Shown: piece by piece, positions 35,978 through 49,149 of the stretch
Position numbering within the stretch: the stretch's first letter is position 1
Layout of the letters: every line of letters begins with the position of its first letter
Source of the DNA: Lama glama
Taxonomy: Eukaryota
Direction: 5' to 3'
Length of the DNA: 64,000 nucleotides
NCBI GenBank assembly: GCA_028534125.1
Contig: CM052816.1
Span: 59,274,001 to 59,338,000, forward strand
Position numbers and translations under genes: made by a program
Notes under the pieces: model-generated
What the model saw: the letters and a program-made list of their open reading frames with translations, nothing else
What the model was told of the DNA's origin: nothing
Databases searched by the model: none

Positions 35978-36620
35978 ACTGGGGCCTGTAAGGTGGTGGT
36001 GTCGCTGACTTTAAGGGATAAAATAGGTGAGGCCCAGACTAGTCCCTGGGTGGAATGCAAGCTGTCCTAGAATCCACTTTTGCAAATTCCTTAAGCAATC
36101 ACTTGACTGTGGAGTTGACACTTTATAAGCAAGGAACTCTAACTGCTGATGGGAGTTACCCGGGTTTTAGACTTCAACAGAAAATTGAGAAACAAAGGCC
36201 ACAGACCCAAAGCTGTCAGAGGCACTGTTTTCACTCTCAGCCCATCAAATTAGCCTTCCTGAACTTTCAGGCAACTCTTTATATACGGTGGGTTCAGTTT
36301 GAAAACCCTGCCTGAGAGCCTTGGGGATGTTCTTTCCTCCACTACCTGGTCCTGAAGAGCTTGATGGTCTCTAGGAACTTGGGGAAGGCAGGGCTGTTTC
36401 CTCCAAATCCATAGACCAGATGTGTCTTCTGTAGCCTTGACTTGGTGACAAATTGTAGATCGGGTGGCTCAGCTGGAGTGTGGGACACTTTCTGATGGTG
36501 CGAGTCAGTCTCCAGTCTGCTTCTCCGGGGGTTTCGCCCTGAGAGACAGGAGAACCCAGGTACGTGCAAGGAAAGAGTCGCCACTGTCTCTGAGTCACAG
36601 GACCCAGTCTTGTTACCAGC

Positions 36621-36836
36621 AAAAGCTTCCATGTATTAAGTGCTTGCTCTGAGCCAGGCATGGCGTCAACATACATCGTTGCAGGTACTATTGACAAATA
36701 TTCTCATCATGGTCATTTTCACGGGAGGAACCAGGCTCAGCCAAGTGAAGTAGCCATACAGAGGTAGCAAGTGCCTAGCGCAGGATACAAATTTAAGTGT
36801 TTCTGCTTCCGGTGCCCTTGTTCTTTGCTACCACAG
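36621..36836 (-). mobile_element. MIR SINE
   Basis: 'tattaagtgcttgctctgagccaggca', 'cattttcacgggaggaaccaggctcag'. Confidence 0.75.
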
Positions 36837-37819
36837 AGTTCTGTCTGCCGTCTTTGTTGGAGAACATGGGTTGCAGGGGTTAAAGCCTGAGACTGGGAAG
36901 AAGCCCCAGCTCAGTCCGCAAAGGCGCAGGGAAGCCATCCATGGGAACCCACTCTTTTGTTGTTTTCCCCAAGACAACACACACACTCCAGACAAGACGT
37001 TGAAGAGAGAGGTATTGGTTGTTACAGCTCTTAAAGTGAGAGTTCAGGGAGCTGGGCTTCATCTGCAAAGTGGAGAACTATCAATGGTACAGAAAGCTGG
37101 GAGCTCTGGACACGGGGGATGAGAGAGGATGGCCCTGGTGGTAGAGCCTGGCCAGAGTTCCTGAGGAAACCTCCTGGGAGAGCTGGGGGAGACGGCCTGG
37201 CTGGGACCCCCGGCAGAAGGATATGCAGTTGGCAGTACTCTGTGCCCAACAGGCAGCCTATGGATGTGATGAGGCCACCGGAAAGCAGGGCTAGAGAGAG
37301 AAAAAAGAGATTGTATTGATTCAGCTTTGACGAATTTACCCAGAACTTTGAAATTAGGAAATCTAGAATGGATTTATTTCTTTTTCAGCATCCATGTGGA
37401 GATGCTGATATTTCATGGTTTTATATGTTTAGTGTGAATTATATGGGATACGATGAGTATCAGCATTGTATCCATGCTTAGGGCCTCCAACAGTCTTAAT
37501 CTGACCTTGGCCGTCTTACAGCTCTTATACACTGTTACCATCCACTTCCTACAAAATCCCCCAGGACAATCCTTGTGTCTAAAACCCCACAAATACAGAT
37601 CCGCCTTTGGAAGGTTAAGGACCTTCACCAGTACCTCTAGGATGATCACAGCCCCTCAGTAGCTAGCCCAGGGACCCAGTGGTCAACCCCGGTTTAGGGG
37701 ATGGTAGTCGACAGTAAAATTTTCAAGGTGAGGATCTGGGCCACTTGGAGCGCAGGATGGGAAAAGCCCTAAAGTGGGGAGTAAACGGCATGATCTCCCA
37801 CAGTGTGGAGTTGGGCCTG

Positions 37820-37990
37820 TGTACTTACCCAGTCATCTCCATCCTCCAGTGTCAATGCCTTTTCCTTCATACTATGAAATCTACCCGAGACCTCTCCCCT
37901 GAGCTCCATACAAAATTCAGATCCCCCAACTGAGTGCAGAGAGTTGATTCTATAAGTGGATCTGAGTTTTCTCTCACATGCCACACATCC
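37820..37990 (+). mobile_element. L2 fragment
   Basis: 'gagacctctcccctgagctccatac' and flanking L2-like sequence. Confidence 0.55.
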
Positions 37991-38109
37991 CCAGATAGGC
38001 CATCGAATATATATATTAAAAGTTGTCACTCTGTGGAAGACATAGGAAACCTCTTATGTGTGAGAGGATTATTTTGAAATTGTAATGACGATGTCTTTCA
38101 CTTTTATAT

Positions 38110-38315
38110 TAGCCTATGTTCATTAAGAACTTGACCTGCAGTGACTCATTGAATTTTACAAAAACTGAAGAGGGCCCTCATCTCCCCATTTACAGATGGG
38201 TAAGCCAAGGAATGCAGAAGTTAAATAATCCACCCAGAGTGAAATATTCAATGGAGCTGCCAGGTTCCTGGTCTGAGGTTTCCCTTGCTCTGGAATTTCA
38301 CTCTACCTCTGTATC
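38110..38315 (-). mobile_element. MIR SINE
   Basis: 'tccccatttacagatgggtaagccaagg..cagaagttaaataatccacccagagt'. Confidence 0.7.
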
Positions 38316-38346
38316 CTCATGGTGCTTTTGCTTTCAGACATGTTTC

Positions 38347-38523
38347 GGGAGGAGGGTAGAGCTCAGTGGTAGAGTGCATGCTTAGCATGCAGGGGTCTGG
38401 GTTCAATCCTCAGTATGCTACCTGCATCAGAAAATAATAATAATAATAAGTGAATAAAGTGAAGTACCCTGCCAAAACAAACAAACAAAACTTTAAAAAA
38501 AAGTTAATAAGCAAAAAAAAAAA
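38347..38523 (+). mobile_element. tRNA-Ala-derived camelid SINE
   Basis: 'gggaggagggtagagctcagtggtagagtgcatgcttagcatgcag...gggttcaatcctcagt' and an A-rich tail. Confidence 0.9.
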
Positions 38524-39699
38524 GTTTTAGTATAAATTATCTTATTAATTCTTCACACACTCCCCCCAGGGATGAATGGATAGCCCCATTCTACAGATAC
38601 GGACACCATGCCTCAGAAGTTTACAGCTCGCTTGCTTTTGTAAGGTACATTTTAATGAGAGTCTTGCTGTGGAACATTCTTAAAAGGGGAGGAGGGAGGC
38701 CCAGGGATATGAAGGAGGAAGACGAAGTGGAACCTTGAGACATCTTAGTTCAGAGGGATAATTCCTCACCTCCTCGCCTCCACCCCTTCAGCAAGGGGAA
38801 AATAAAACTTAATCATCTGTTGTGAAGGGCTGTTTTCAACTGAGGTGAGAAAGTCCCCTGGGAACAGAGAACTCTGGTGGCTTTTACCGAATTAATGAAA
38901 AAGGATATAAAACAGAGGATAAGGAGATAATGAGAAAGAAAAAGTCACCAGTGCGAACTTAAGCTCAATACCTTGCCTCCCAGAAAAGCCACATACATGT
39001 TTTTCAAATTGAATTGAATCCAATTCTTTGGTCTGCAATTTCCCTCTTGAGCAATCTCATGCCAACTCAAAAGTAAAAGGAATAGCCTGCTTTCTAAAAC
39101 ATTTAGGCTTTTGCAATACTTAAGGTCCTTCCGACTGCTATAATTACCCTCACTTTATTGCTACACATCAATTTCTTGTCCAGATGGAAAGACAGAATAA
39201 ATGTTTACCAGAAACCCATTTACTTGTCAACTTTAACAATGAGGCTAGGATCAGAAACAATGTTCTTTGAGCTGAGAGGTGTAATTTCACCACCCAATGC
39301 TGTTGTCCATGTTACATCAATTGAAAATCAGTAAACCTCAATCAGTTCCCTAGACCCCAACACCTTCACCTTTGGATGGCCAAAGGGTCCTTTCTATCCC
39401 AGAGACCTTCAGGTCTCCACAGCTTTGCTTTCTTCATATAATCAGCAAAGCTCAAACTACTTCCTGATTGAAGACAATTGCTCGGTAGCCCCTGGCGAAT
39501 GATTGGAAAGTGTTTTCCAGTTCCTGACAATGACCTCGGGAAGTGAATGCCTTTGGAGGAGGCCAGGCTCTCAGCGTCTCTGCAGGCCCCTGTCATTCTG
39601 TTCTTCTTTTTCCTGTGTCATTATTTTTATTTTTCCTGTGTTTGTTGTAGAGACCTAGGTGAGCTGGGCCACTATCTCCTTTCTAAGGGACAGGGTGAC

Positions 39700-40090
39700 C
39701 CCCATTGGGAGGCTGTTTTAGCAAAGACCTTACATTACCGGCGCCAAATACTCCATTGCCCGGACTCATATGTAAACCCAGCTAGTCTAGGAGATTTTGA
39801 GATTCTGCTGGATTCCCGCTCAAGTGCAGGAGGCTTTTCCTTGCCCTGGTCAAACCTTGGACTAGTTTGTTCTTTTGCTATCTGCCCTTATCTGTGCTAC
39901 TTTGCCAGTCTCTTCCCAGTTGCTGGCCTGTTGCTAGCACTTTTCACTGTTTTTCAGAATAAAGGTTTTTTTGGTTTTTTTTTTTTAACTATATTCTAAA
40001 ATACATTTGTGGTCCTTTCTATAGGAACTTGAGAAGAAAGGGAGTTGTTCAACATGCATGCTCAAATCGCCGTCTTAGAACGGAAGTCTC
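39700..40090 (-). mobile_element. 5' end of an ancient L1/HAL1-type element
   Basis: 'catgctcaaatcgccgtcttagaacggaagtc' is the reverse complement of the old L1M/HAL1 start 'gacttccggtt.aagatggcgga.tgagca'; left boundary uncertain. Confidence 0.55.
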
Positions 40091-40361
40091 GACATCCTTT
40101 TCAAAAACAATTACTAATACAATTTATAGTCCTGTTTATGGCATGCGAGTAAAAAGCCCGTGAAACTACTCAGCACTGTAGGAAATGAATGGTTTATTAA
40201 ACTGTTGACTGGGCTCTAATCCTGGCTTCAGAATGACTAACTAACAAATCCATCATCTAGGGGAAAGCTGGCATGGCAGAGATTAATTCTTAACCTATTC
40301 TTATTTGGGGGTATTGTTTGGTTTTTATTTGGGAGAACTTTCAGAATTGTTTTAAAAAAAA

Positions 40362-40381
40362 GTGTGTGTGTGTGTGTGTGT
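40362..40381. repeat. (GT)10 microsatellite
   Basis: Directly visible. Confidence 0.95.
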
Positions 40382-40670
40382 TTTAATTAAAACAGAAGTA
40401 ACCTGTGTTTTATGCATGGCTATAGATACACTCTATACATTTTAACTGATTTTTATTTTTTTAATGGTAAAAGGGACCAGAATCCCAGCAAGGGGCTCTA
40501 AAGGTTTTTCATCAGAACCAAAAGGGAGGCAGGTAGATCAGTTAGGGTTTGATTCGTGGTAGTTACCAGAAATCAACTTGTGTTAACTAAGATCGAAAAG
40601 GGCATTGATTGTCAGGCTATGATGCAAAGGGGCCCTCCAACAATCTGCAAGTATAGGTGAAACTAGAGAA

Positions 40671-41745
40671 GTTATCAGTTACAGTGTATTCAGCTGCCCT
40701 CCACAGAAAACTAAATATAATGGGCTTCTTCCTGACCCAGGTAACTGGAAGTCCAGGGGTAGGAAGTGCTCCCAGGTTGGTCAGTGATGTTATCAAGTTT
40801 CCGTCAGCTCTCCATGTGCCTTTCACATGAGTGGCCTCTATCCTTACACTGGTTCCAGTGGTCATAAGAGAACTGCCAGCAGTCCGTGAGGTTACATCCT
40901 CCTGTCTTAGCCTGGGTTCCCAGAAAAATTGATGTTGTCAATACTTTGAGACTGGAGTGTGATTTGGGGAAGTAAGGAAAGGAAAAGGGGGAATGAGGTA
41001 GGGAAGGGGAGAGAGCAAGTACAAAGGGGAACCTTCAGAAAGGATGCACCAGCTACCATATCTCAGGACTAGATGCATGGATGCTGGAACAGAGAAGAAT
41101 TCATCCACCAGCAAGTTCCTGGTCCCTATCTTCCAATGATCCAGTCATTCCCATGAGACCTAACTTCCTCCTCCCAACCTAATTCTGTCCCTAGTCTTCT
41201 CTAGGCGGCTACTGGGAAAGCCACAGCCCCCACAGGACCAGTAGGGCCAGAGCACAGACTCAGCAATCTCTCTTCACCAGGTAGCCCTGCAGACACGGCT
41301 TTTCCTTCCCTAGCCATGACCTGGGTCCATTATCTCAGGAACAGCAGACTGTTGCCAGGGCCTTGCTGCTTTGTAAGCAAGACAAGTGTGTGGATCTGGG
41401 ATGGCACTTAAACTGAGTCCAATACATCACCCCCATCTGGGGTGGGGATCTCCTCCAGAAGTTGCTTCAGAAGAGTAGGGAAGTCTCTTTTCTTCAAATC
41501 TCCCAACAGTTATCTTTCCTCTTCTCATTGGCTCCACTTGGTGGCCCCATTTTTCTCTGGACCAACACCTGTGCCCAGGGACTAGGTTTATGATAAACTT
41601 AGACCATAGTCATTTAACTATGGATTTAAGCTATGTCCAAGGTATGTTTGAGGTATCTGTGGATATCAAAGTGAGTATCAAAGAGGTAGTTACCAAAAGA
41701 AGGAAGAACAAATATTGCAGAGACAACCATAATTAATTATCCCTT
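40671..41745 (-). mobile_element. MaLR LTR (MLT1J/K-like), split by an LTR33-like insertion
   Basis: 'atcagttacagtgtattcagctgc', 'aactggaagtccaggggtagg', 'ggtcataagagaactgccagcag'; right part 'cttctcattggctcc...gttaccaaaagaaggaagaacaaatattgcagagacaacc'. Confidence 0.65.
40903..41426 (-). mobile_element. ERVL solo LTR (LTR33-like)
   Basis: Starts 'tgtcttagcctgggttcccagaaa'; 'gaattcatccaccagc'; ends 'gagtccaataca'. Confidence 0.75.
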
Positions 41746-42647
41746 CAAGATAATGCTTGGAAACAGGAGCAAAAGCAGATGGGAAGATTCTGTTTCTTCC
41801 TCATAGACATCTAGTTCATTGTTCTCATTCTAAAGAGAATGTAGTGTCCGGGACATAAAATATGACCTCTGATAGCATGAAAGTTTAATGGTTCCAAATC
41901 TGGCCATACTCAGAGAAATGAAATCTCTTCTTTGCATCTGACTTGGCTTAACTTGAGTCCATGTCCTCTCCTGGATCAATCCAACTGCAGCCAGGAGGGG
42001 CAGGTTCACATAAAGAATGTGCCTAATGTAAGTCCACTCCCACGAAACAGCCATGTGGACAAGGGATCAAAATAACATTTACAACATTCCTCTGTAAAAC
42101 CATTTCTATACACTTTAAAGATAAATAAATTAAGCTGCATATTTGTCTGCAACATTGCCTAAACATGACATCTCTGACCCTATTCAACCTTTCTTGGTAC
42201 TACAATGTGGCCAGTACCACTGGCTTCTTGCTGGTCAACATCCTCTTTAGTTACTATTAGATCTGTTCCATTTCACAGATAGTGACAAGGCCTCCACTCC
42301 ATTCTTAAAGGTACCTAACTTCAAATTCTGGTTGCTGAAGTCTCGCTACTTCTTGGAATATCCAGTAAGTCACACTCAGCCTGAGTAGCCATTTCTCTGT
42401 GTAAACATGGGCATTCCACCTTTAACATACACACCACTGGCTTTGTGTACGTTTTCAAGTACCACTTGCCAAGTAAACAGGTGATACACCACCAGTACCC
42501 GAGCTGCCGACCAAAATGGCATTCTAATCCCAGTCATTTTCATATAGCAGTAGTAGTTAAGCTAATCTAAAGGGGAAGGAAGTTCATAGTGGCCCATTAA
42601 AGGCATGAAGTGGAAACATAAGAACAGATAGAAAGGAAATGGTGGCA

Positions 42648-42922
42648 TCTTTCCATAGATGAATGGATAAACAAAGTTTAGTATATCAATATAATGGAAT
42701 ATTTTTCAGCAATAAAAAGTAATGAGCTATCAAGTCACAAAAAGACATGGAGTAAACTTAAATGCATATTGCTAAGTGAAGGAAGCCAGTCTGGAAAGGC
42801 TACATACTGTATGTTTCTAGTTCTATGACATTCTGGAAAAAGGCAAAATTATACAGACTGTAAAAAGATTAGCAGTTATCAGCGATTTGGAGGGAAGGAG
42901 GAATGATCATTTGAACATAAAG
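42648..42922 (+). mobile_element. L1 3' fragment (L1MC-like)
   Basis: 'aatgagctatcaagtcacaaaaagacatggagtaaacttaaatgcatattgctaagtgaaggaagccagtctggaaaggctacatactgtatg'. Confidence 0.88.
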
Positions 42923-43087
42923 GAAAAGAAAAGAACAAGACCAACCACGTCTAGCCCTCAGCAAAATTTCCCTTGGATGTCTAGGTGTCAGAGTTAGGTT
43001 GTGTTCCTAGTTCCAACATCTTGGGAACTGCACCCTTCCCCCACTGCTATGTGACTCTTTGCGGGGAACTGGCTTCTATTAGGCACG

Positions 43088-43951
43088 TTTCTTTTTTAAT
43101 TGAATAGTCAGTTTACAACTTTTTTGTCAATTTCTAGTGTACAGCATAATGTTTCAGTCATGCGTATACATAATTCATTTTCATATTCTTTTTGATCATA
43201 GGTTACTACAGGATATTGTATCTAGTTCCCTGTGCTTTATAGTAGAAACTTGTTTATCTTTTTCATATATAGTAGTTGGTATCTGCAAATCTCCCAACTT
43301 ATCTCTTCCCACCCCTTTCCCTCCCAGTAACCATAAGTTTGTCTTCTTTATCTGTGAATATTTCTGTTTTATAAATAAGTTCATTTATGGTTTTTTTTTA
43401 GATTCCACATATAAGTGATATCATATGGTATCTTTCTTTCTCTTTCTGCTTACTTCACTTACAAAGATGATCTCCAGGTCCATCCATGTTGCTGAAAATG
43501 GCATTATTTTATTCTTTTTTATGGCTAAGTGGTATTCCATTGTGTATGTATGTGTGTATATATATATATATCTCACAACTTCTTTATCCCAGTCATCTGT
43601 TGATGGACATTTAGGTTGTTTCCATGTGTTGGCTATTTAAATAGTGCTGCTATGAACATTGGGGTGCATGTATCTTTTTGAATTAGAGTTCCCTCAGGAC
43701 CTATACCCAGGAGTGAGATTGCTCTATCGTTAGTTTTTTAAGGAATCTCCCTACTGTTTTCCATAGTGGCTGCACCAAATTACATTCCCACCAGCAGTGT
43801 AGGAGGGTTCACTTTTCTCTATACCCTCTCCAGCATTTATCATTCGTGAACTTTTTAATGATGGCCGTTCTGACTGATGTGAGGTGATACTTCATTGTAC
43901 TTTTGATTTGCATTTCTCTGGAAATTAGTGATATTGAGCATTTTTTCATGT
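43088..43951 (-). mobile_element. Young camelid L1 3' ~860 bp (ORF2 C-terminus + 3' UTR)
   Basis: ORF 43809-44015 contains [38 protein letters not shown] (L1 ORF2); colinear with the other camelid L1 ends. Confidence 0.95.
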
Positions 43952-45450
43952 TGGAGCATTTTTTATGTGACTCCATCCCCATGTAGTCAGATTGGTCCAG
44001 GAGAGGACACATCACTCAAGTTGGGTCAGTTAGACTCAAAGATACTATCTCTCTGAATATAAATAAATCTGTAATTTTATTAACAAAAATCGCCTAGCCA
44101 AGAATTGTGTTATCAGAGAATAGATTTTGCTATCCTTTAAAGACCATAATTTATTTCTTTGGGAATTTTGCCCAATCTGATCTGATAATAAAGAAAAGAT
44201 TTTAATTCGGATCTCTGTAACATAAACTCCATGAGGATACAAATTCTATCTGTACAGTCACCCTTCAAAAAACATGTTCGTACATGACAGCAGTGATGGT
44301 CATGACGGTCATAGTGACAGAGGAGGAAGTTATTCAAGAAATCTTTTGCCAGACTAATCACCTGTAAAAGAACATTTTCCCCTTTGTCTTTTCATAGAGG
44401 TCATGAGAGTGAATCAGGGGCTGTCTCTCCCCCTCAAAGCTGTTGCTCTGTGAGTGAGACCGAGTTGATGATGTGCACTGGAAACCCGAGGCTCACCTGT
44501 AGCCGAGGCAATAGTCTCCCCAGCCTCCAATGGCTGCTCGTGGCAACAGGTAGATTCCCAGGGAGGGTAATATACAAACCTGCTCTTATCACAACATCAT
44601 TGCTTAATATTTCATTCTCCTCTTCTGAGAGCTGAGAGTGCTTCATGATACACGATCTCTGCTCTTGGGCCTCCTGAAAGGTTGGCAGGTGGAAGAGTTT
44701 GGGACCTCTCAGCACGTCTGAACAACAGCACGTCCTTCTCCACAGTACTGCCTGTCCATGCCCCCCCACCCAGTGCCACCGAGCTTCTGTGCGTGGATGA
44801 GCGAGCATCTTATGAGCTGAACAATAATTAGGAAAACTATTGAGAAAAATGGTAGAAACATCCTGCAAATGACAAGAAGCTGAAATGTAAAAGGAAATTG
44901 AATCTTCACTTTTCAAAACAGGGAGACAATCTCTCCTACCACACTCTGACCCTCTTTTATTTTACTTCTTCCCCATCCATGCTCCCCTCCTATCTTTTCT
45001 TGGACCCCATTCAGACTTTCTGGACTGAGTGGATACTGCTTCCGACAGCTGTGTGGTTTCCACAGGTGTCATTAAAATAACAATGTGGCTTCTAGGCACC
45101 TGATGACGTAGTGAGGGCAAGTTCTATTCGCTGAGTTAGTGCGGCCGACCCGCCTCCTCTTCCAGCACACAGCCTGCAGAAGCCTTAGGCGGCCAGCAGT
45201 CAAGTGATTTTATTCAACAGACTTGCAGAGGCTGTCAGTCAAGTGGCATGGGGTCAAATTACTTATCTGAGGGTCCTAATGAGCGAAGGAGGGTAGCCTT
45301 GGGAGGCCCTGCTTTTCCTGCTCTGTGGGAATGTTGGAGGGACAGTGGTGACCAGTTTACCTAGTATAACTTCTACCCCTCTGACCCTGGGTCACTCCTT
45401 GTGGGGCTGGGTGACCAGGCTCACTCATGCCTCTATGCAGTGGTTTAACT

Positions 45451-45597
45451 TGGTGCTTCCCCAACGTTAACATGCATACACATCACCGGAGATCTTGTTA
45501 AAAATGCAGATTTGGACTCAGTAGGTCTGGGGTGGGCTGAGGACCCTGCCCATCTCACAGATGCTGCTGTTCCACAGACCACACCTCCAGGAGCAAG
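45451..45597 (-). mobile_element. MER5A1-like hAT-Charlie MITE
   Basis: 'atcaccggagatcttgttaaaaatgcagatttggactcagtaggtctggggtgggctgag...gaccacacctccaggagcaag'. Confidence 0.88.
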
Positions 45598-47009
45598 AGC
45601 TTCACTCCTCCTGGCTGGGCACGCCGTCTTATAACAGCCCACCTCCACGTACAGGTGTGAGAATAGAACCACATGTGCCTTTGGACTGTCCAAACTTGTG
45701 ACCTGAATAAAGGGGAAGGGAAATGGAACCACTACAGACGAGGTCTCTGTCACACCCCAGGCATGAGTCCAAGCTGCCAGCATCTAATTATATTATCTCA
45801 GCTGATGAGAATCTGAGCAACTTGAATAAGAAAGTGATTAGGTAAACCTTGGTTTGTGAGTCCCGCCTCCCCCTGATATTATGAGTACACTGTGTTGCCA
45901 AGGGGACTTGATGGGCCGGAGACACCAAATCTGAGAGGAGGGGACCTCAAGAGAGACCGAGTGCTTAACGCACACAACAGGAAGCCTCGATTCCAAGAAG
46001 GACCTGCCCAAAATAGAGGTGTGCTGATGCAAATCAGTAACCACTGTGTTCGGGTGTAAGAGTCGGTTGGAGACCTCTCTGGTGACTCGTGAGCCTCCAC
46101 TGTTGCCAGGAGTTACCTCTAGCTCTGGTCAGGTAACCCCTCACCACCGGGCAGTGGGAGGCAGCCCTGCAGGCTTTCTCTCCAGGATGTTCTGCATCTG
46201 AGGGAAGGAGGAGCTTGCACCCGTCACTCAGGGGGCACCATGGACTGTGCCACGCCCTCTGGGCTGGCCTTTCTGAGGGCACAAGAGCCAGACCAAGTTG
46301 TCACAGGCTCCCACCCCTTCCAGCCTAAGTCCCGTGCATGAGGAGGTTGAGTGGTGGGTACAGGGTTCTCCAAAGCCAGGTAGAGACCCATGTCTCTGGG
46401 ATGCTTGGCTGTTCAGCCAAGTGTGAGAGGACCCAAAGTCAGAAGAACTGCACACTCCAAGCACCAGAGGGCTGGCCCCATGCACCAAGGTCCCAGGTTG
46501 AGTTTCTCTGTTGGGAGTAGAGGCCTTGGAAGATTTTTTTTTTTTCGCTGAAAGTGCCGCTAGCAGGAAAATGCCTTTTTCCACAGTCACTCTTCTTTGT
46601 CCATCTCTGATCATTCTACTCACAGACCTATTTCTTCTAAGGTGAAGCTCTATTGCCTGAAGAAACTAAGAGCAGACAATTAAGGCTGGTTTTTGATGGT
46701 TTCAGGTCTTCTGAAATGTTTACATCTTGGCAAAGTATTCTAGCCTAGAATTTAACTGAGCAGAAATGTTTCTTTGCATTATTGAAGGAGTAGCACTTGG
46801 GGGATGGTCAGCGTTGGCTGCTAATATATTCTGAGGATCTGCTGTGAGTATGACATCGTGTTAGGAGCTGTGAGAAATAACAGAAGTTACCCTTCAAATG
46901 CTTATTATCTACTGCAGGGTAGGAGTTATGGATTCTAAAAAATAATAATAAATGTATGCACATTAGAGTATATAACAATTTCATATAAACTTCATTGTTT
47001 GTTACAACC

Positions 47010-47162
47010 AACCTGTGATAAAAAAAATTATCTTCTGCATTTTGCAGATGAGAAAAATGAACCTCAGAAAGGCTAAGATGGTTTTTCAAAATTAATAGGT
47101 ATCTGGAAGTGGATTTGGGATTAAGCTCAAATGGCAGGGTCTTGTCTCTCATCACAGTGCCC
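47010..47162 (-). mobile_element. MIR SINE
   Basis: 'cattttgcagatgagaaaaatgaacctcagaaaggctaagatg'. Confidence 0.75.
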
Positions 47163-47974
47163 AGCGCCATGTCAGCCCCTGTGAAGGTAGGGAGGAAAGG
47201 GAGATGCCTCTTCTCAGCACCTTTATCCCTGTCCGAGAAGAGTCCTCACTGTGTGTATCTGGTTGACTGGCAGCCTTCTCCATGCTCTTTCCTCTTCCTT
47301 CCACAGCCCCTCATTCTCCAAAGGGCACAGAGTCCTTTCATGCAAAGCTCAAGAACTTTAACAATGCTTTTCTCCCCAAAACGTACCCCAGGTCACCCAC
47401 GGACTTCCTCTTGGCTTAGCCATAGTCACTTCCCTAGCTTAAAGGATAAAGAAGTACAGTCCCTGTGTAGGAAGTGAACTATACAAGAGAGGAAGGAACA
47501 TTATACCGTGTATCAGGGCCATTTTAAACCAGTCCCAATTTGTCACGATCTTTGCCCTCCTAGGTTACGTTATCAAGGACTACCTTGTCCTGCCAGTTGA
47601 CCCCCTGTCCACAGCATTCCAGATACAAATTGTGTTGTATTCTCCCTATTGCTCAGTTCCTAGGAGATCTTCCCAGGTTGTTTGATTATGATTATTAGAA
47701 CAACCCAGGAGAATTAAGAAAAAGCCTGCAAATTCCTCTCTGTTAAAAAGTATCCTCCAGGATTCTCTTCAGTGAGCGGAGAAAAGCCTGAAAAGCATAG
47801 ACTATACTCTACCCTTGGGAATTCAAGACGTTAGGGGTTTACTGAGCTGGGAGGTCAAGAGTTTCTTAGAAATATTCAGCTACATCCCCTCCCTGGAGTC
47901 TCATTCCTTCACTCCTCCTGCCCAGCCTCAGCTTGGCTAATTCTATCATTCTGGACCAAGAGGGAACCAAGGAT

Positions 47975-48110
47975 TAATATTCCCACCCCACTCTCACCCA
48001 AGAGGTGCTGGGTCTGTAGATCTGGGTGGAGGCCCGCCCTGCGCATTTTGAAAAGCACTCAAGATGGTGGTGACTCAAGTTGTCCCCGCACCACAGTTTG
48101 AGAATAAACG
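47975..48110. mobile_element. MER5-family MITE fragment
   Basis: 'gtagatctgggtggaggccc...gcattttgaaaagcactcaagatgg...accacagtttgagaa'. Confidence 0.65.
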
Positions 48111-48304
48111 AGGATTGGGTACCATTCCTGAAGGAATCTGGTCATACCTCAGCCAGCAATCCAGAAAGGCATTTCTGAGTCAGACCAGGACCATTCTGTG
48201 GGGATATGTTGCTTCCAGTCCATCCCAGAGTCATAGTGCATGGCCAGGAAGACACCCCGCCTTTTCCAGTTTAGATGAGAATGTAGGCGCTTCCTCCCCA
48301 ACCC

Positions 48305-48525
48305 AAATGATTTATTGAGTGTTTTCTGTGTGTCTGTCACTCTTTTGGATCTTTCACATGAGTGAGTTAATCCTCACAATAACTCTATGGGTCATTTACC
48401 TATTAGAGGTGACAAAACAAGTCCAACGGGGTTAAGACATTTGTCTAAATACAATATGAAAGCAGCTGGGTTGAGATATTCATCCAAGTAGCCTAGTCCC
48501 ACAGACAAACCATGATGCTCTGCTC
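48305..48525 (-). mobile_element. MIR SINE
   Basis: 'atttattgagtgttttctgtgtg', 'ttaatcctcacaataactctatg', 'ggttaagacatttgtctaa'. Confidence 0.8.
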
Positions 48526-49149
48526 CCGTCCATCTAAATCGAGCAGGTCTGGAGTTGGGGAGCAAAGCAACTCAGTGGGGCTTCCTTCTACTTGAAGACA
48601 TTCCATCTCCTGCTGACACTGCATTTCCATCCTGTGATCTAGCTGGAATCTCTCCATTCTTTGCACATTCCTTAAAAAAATTAAAAGAGAAGTAAGAAGC
48701 CTAGGGGGATGGAGGAGGGCTGGAGCATTTACGTGCAGAGCTGGATGAGCCTGTATTTCTGCTGTGAAAATTCGCCCTTTGCCCCACACAACAAGCTGAC
48801 TTTAGGGAGCACAGGCAGCCCCTTGCCAGGGCCAACAGAGGCCACAGTCAGTGGGAGCACAAGCTCAGACTACTTCATGTTGATTTATTTGTTTTGTTGG
48901 ATATGTTGGTTTTGGCCAGATCTGACCTGTTTTATCCTGTATATAACGTTCGTCTCTGTATCCAAGTGAAAAAAAGGAGGGGGAAGCAAAAATCAAAATT
49001 CAGCAGAAAATACAATAGGAATTAGGAATTGGTGCAAACTCTTTAGAACAGACCCACAAGCTATAGATTCCATATATATTATCACATTTATAAATAAATT
49101 ATACTATAACTTAATAACATCTTGGGGGGTTTTCCCTACAAAATTCAAG

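Larger units (their letters stand above)
40535..42065 (-). mobile_element. Old MaLR LTR (MLT1L/K-like), outer element of a nest (pieces ~40535-40670 and ~41746-42065)
   Basis: 'tcagttagggtttgatt...accagaaatcaacttgtgttaactaag'; resumes with 'catctgacttggcttaacttgagtccatgtcctctcctggatcaatccaactgcagccagg'. Confidence 0.55.

Noticed and set aside
44398..44450. Possible short plus-strand exon (ttttcatag|agg...tct|gtgagt)
   Set aside because: Isolated, with no recognisable peptide or partner exon; indistinguishable from a pseudo-exon without data.
44434..44916. 160-aa minus-strand ORF, and similar ORFs at 39547-39999 and 62554-63048
   Set aside because: No recognisable domain and no supporting gene structure; the latter two overlap L1/HAL1-like sequence.
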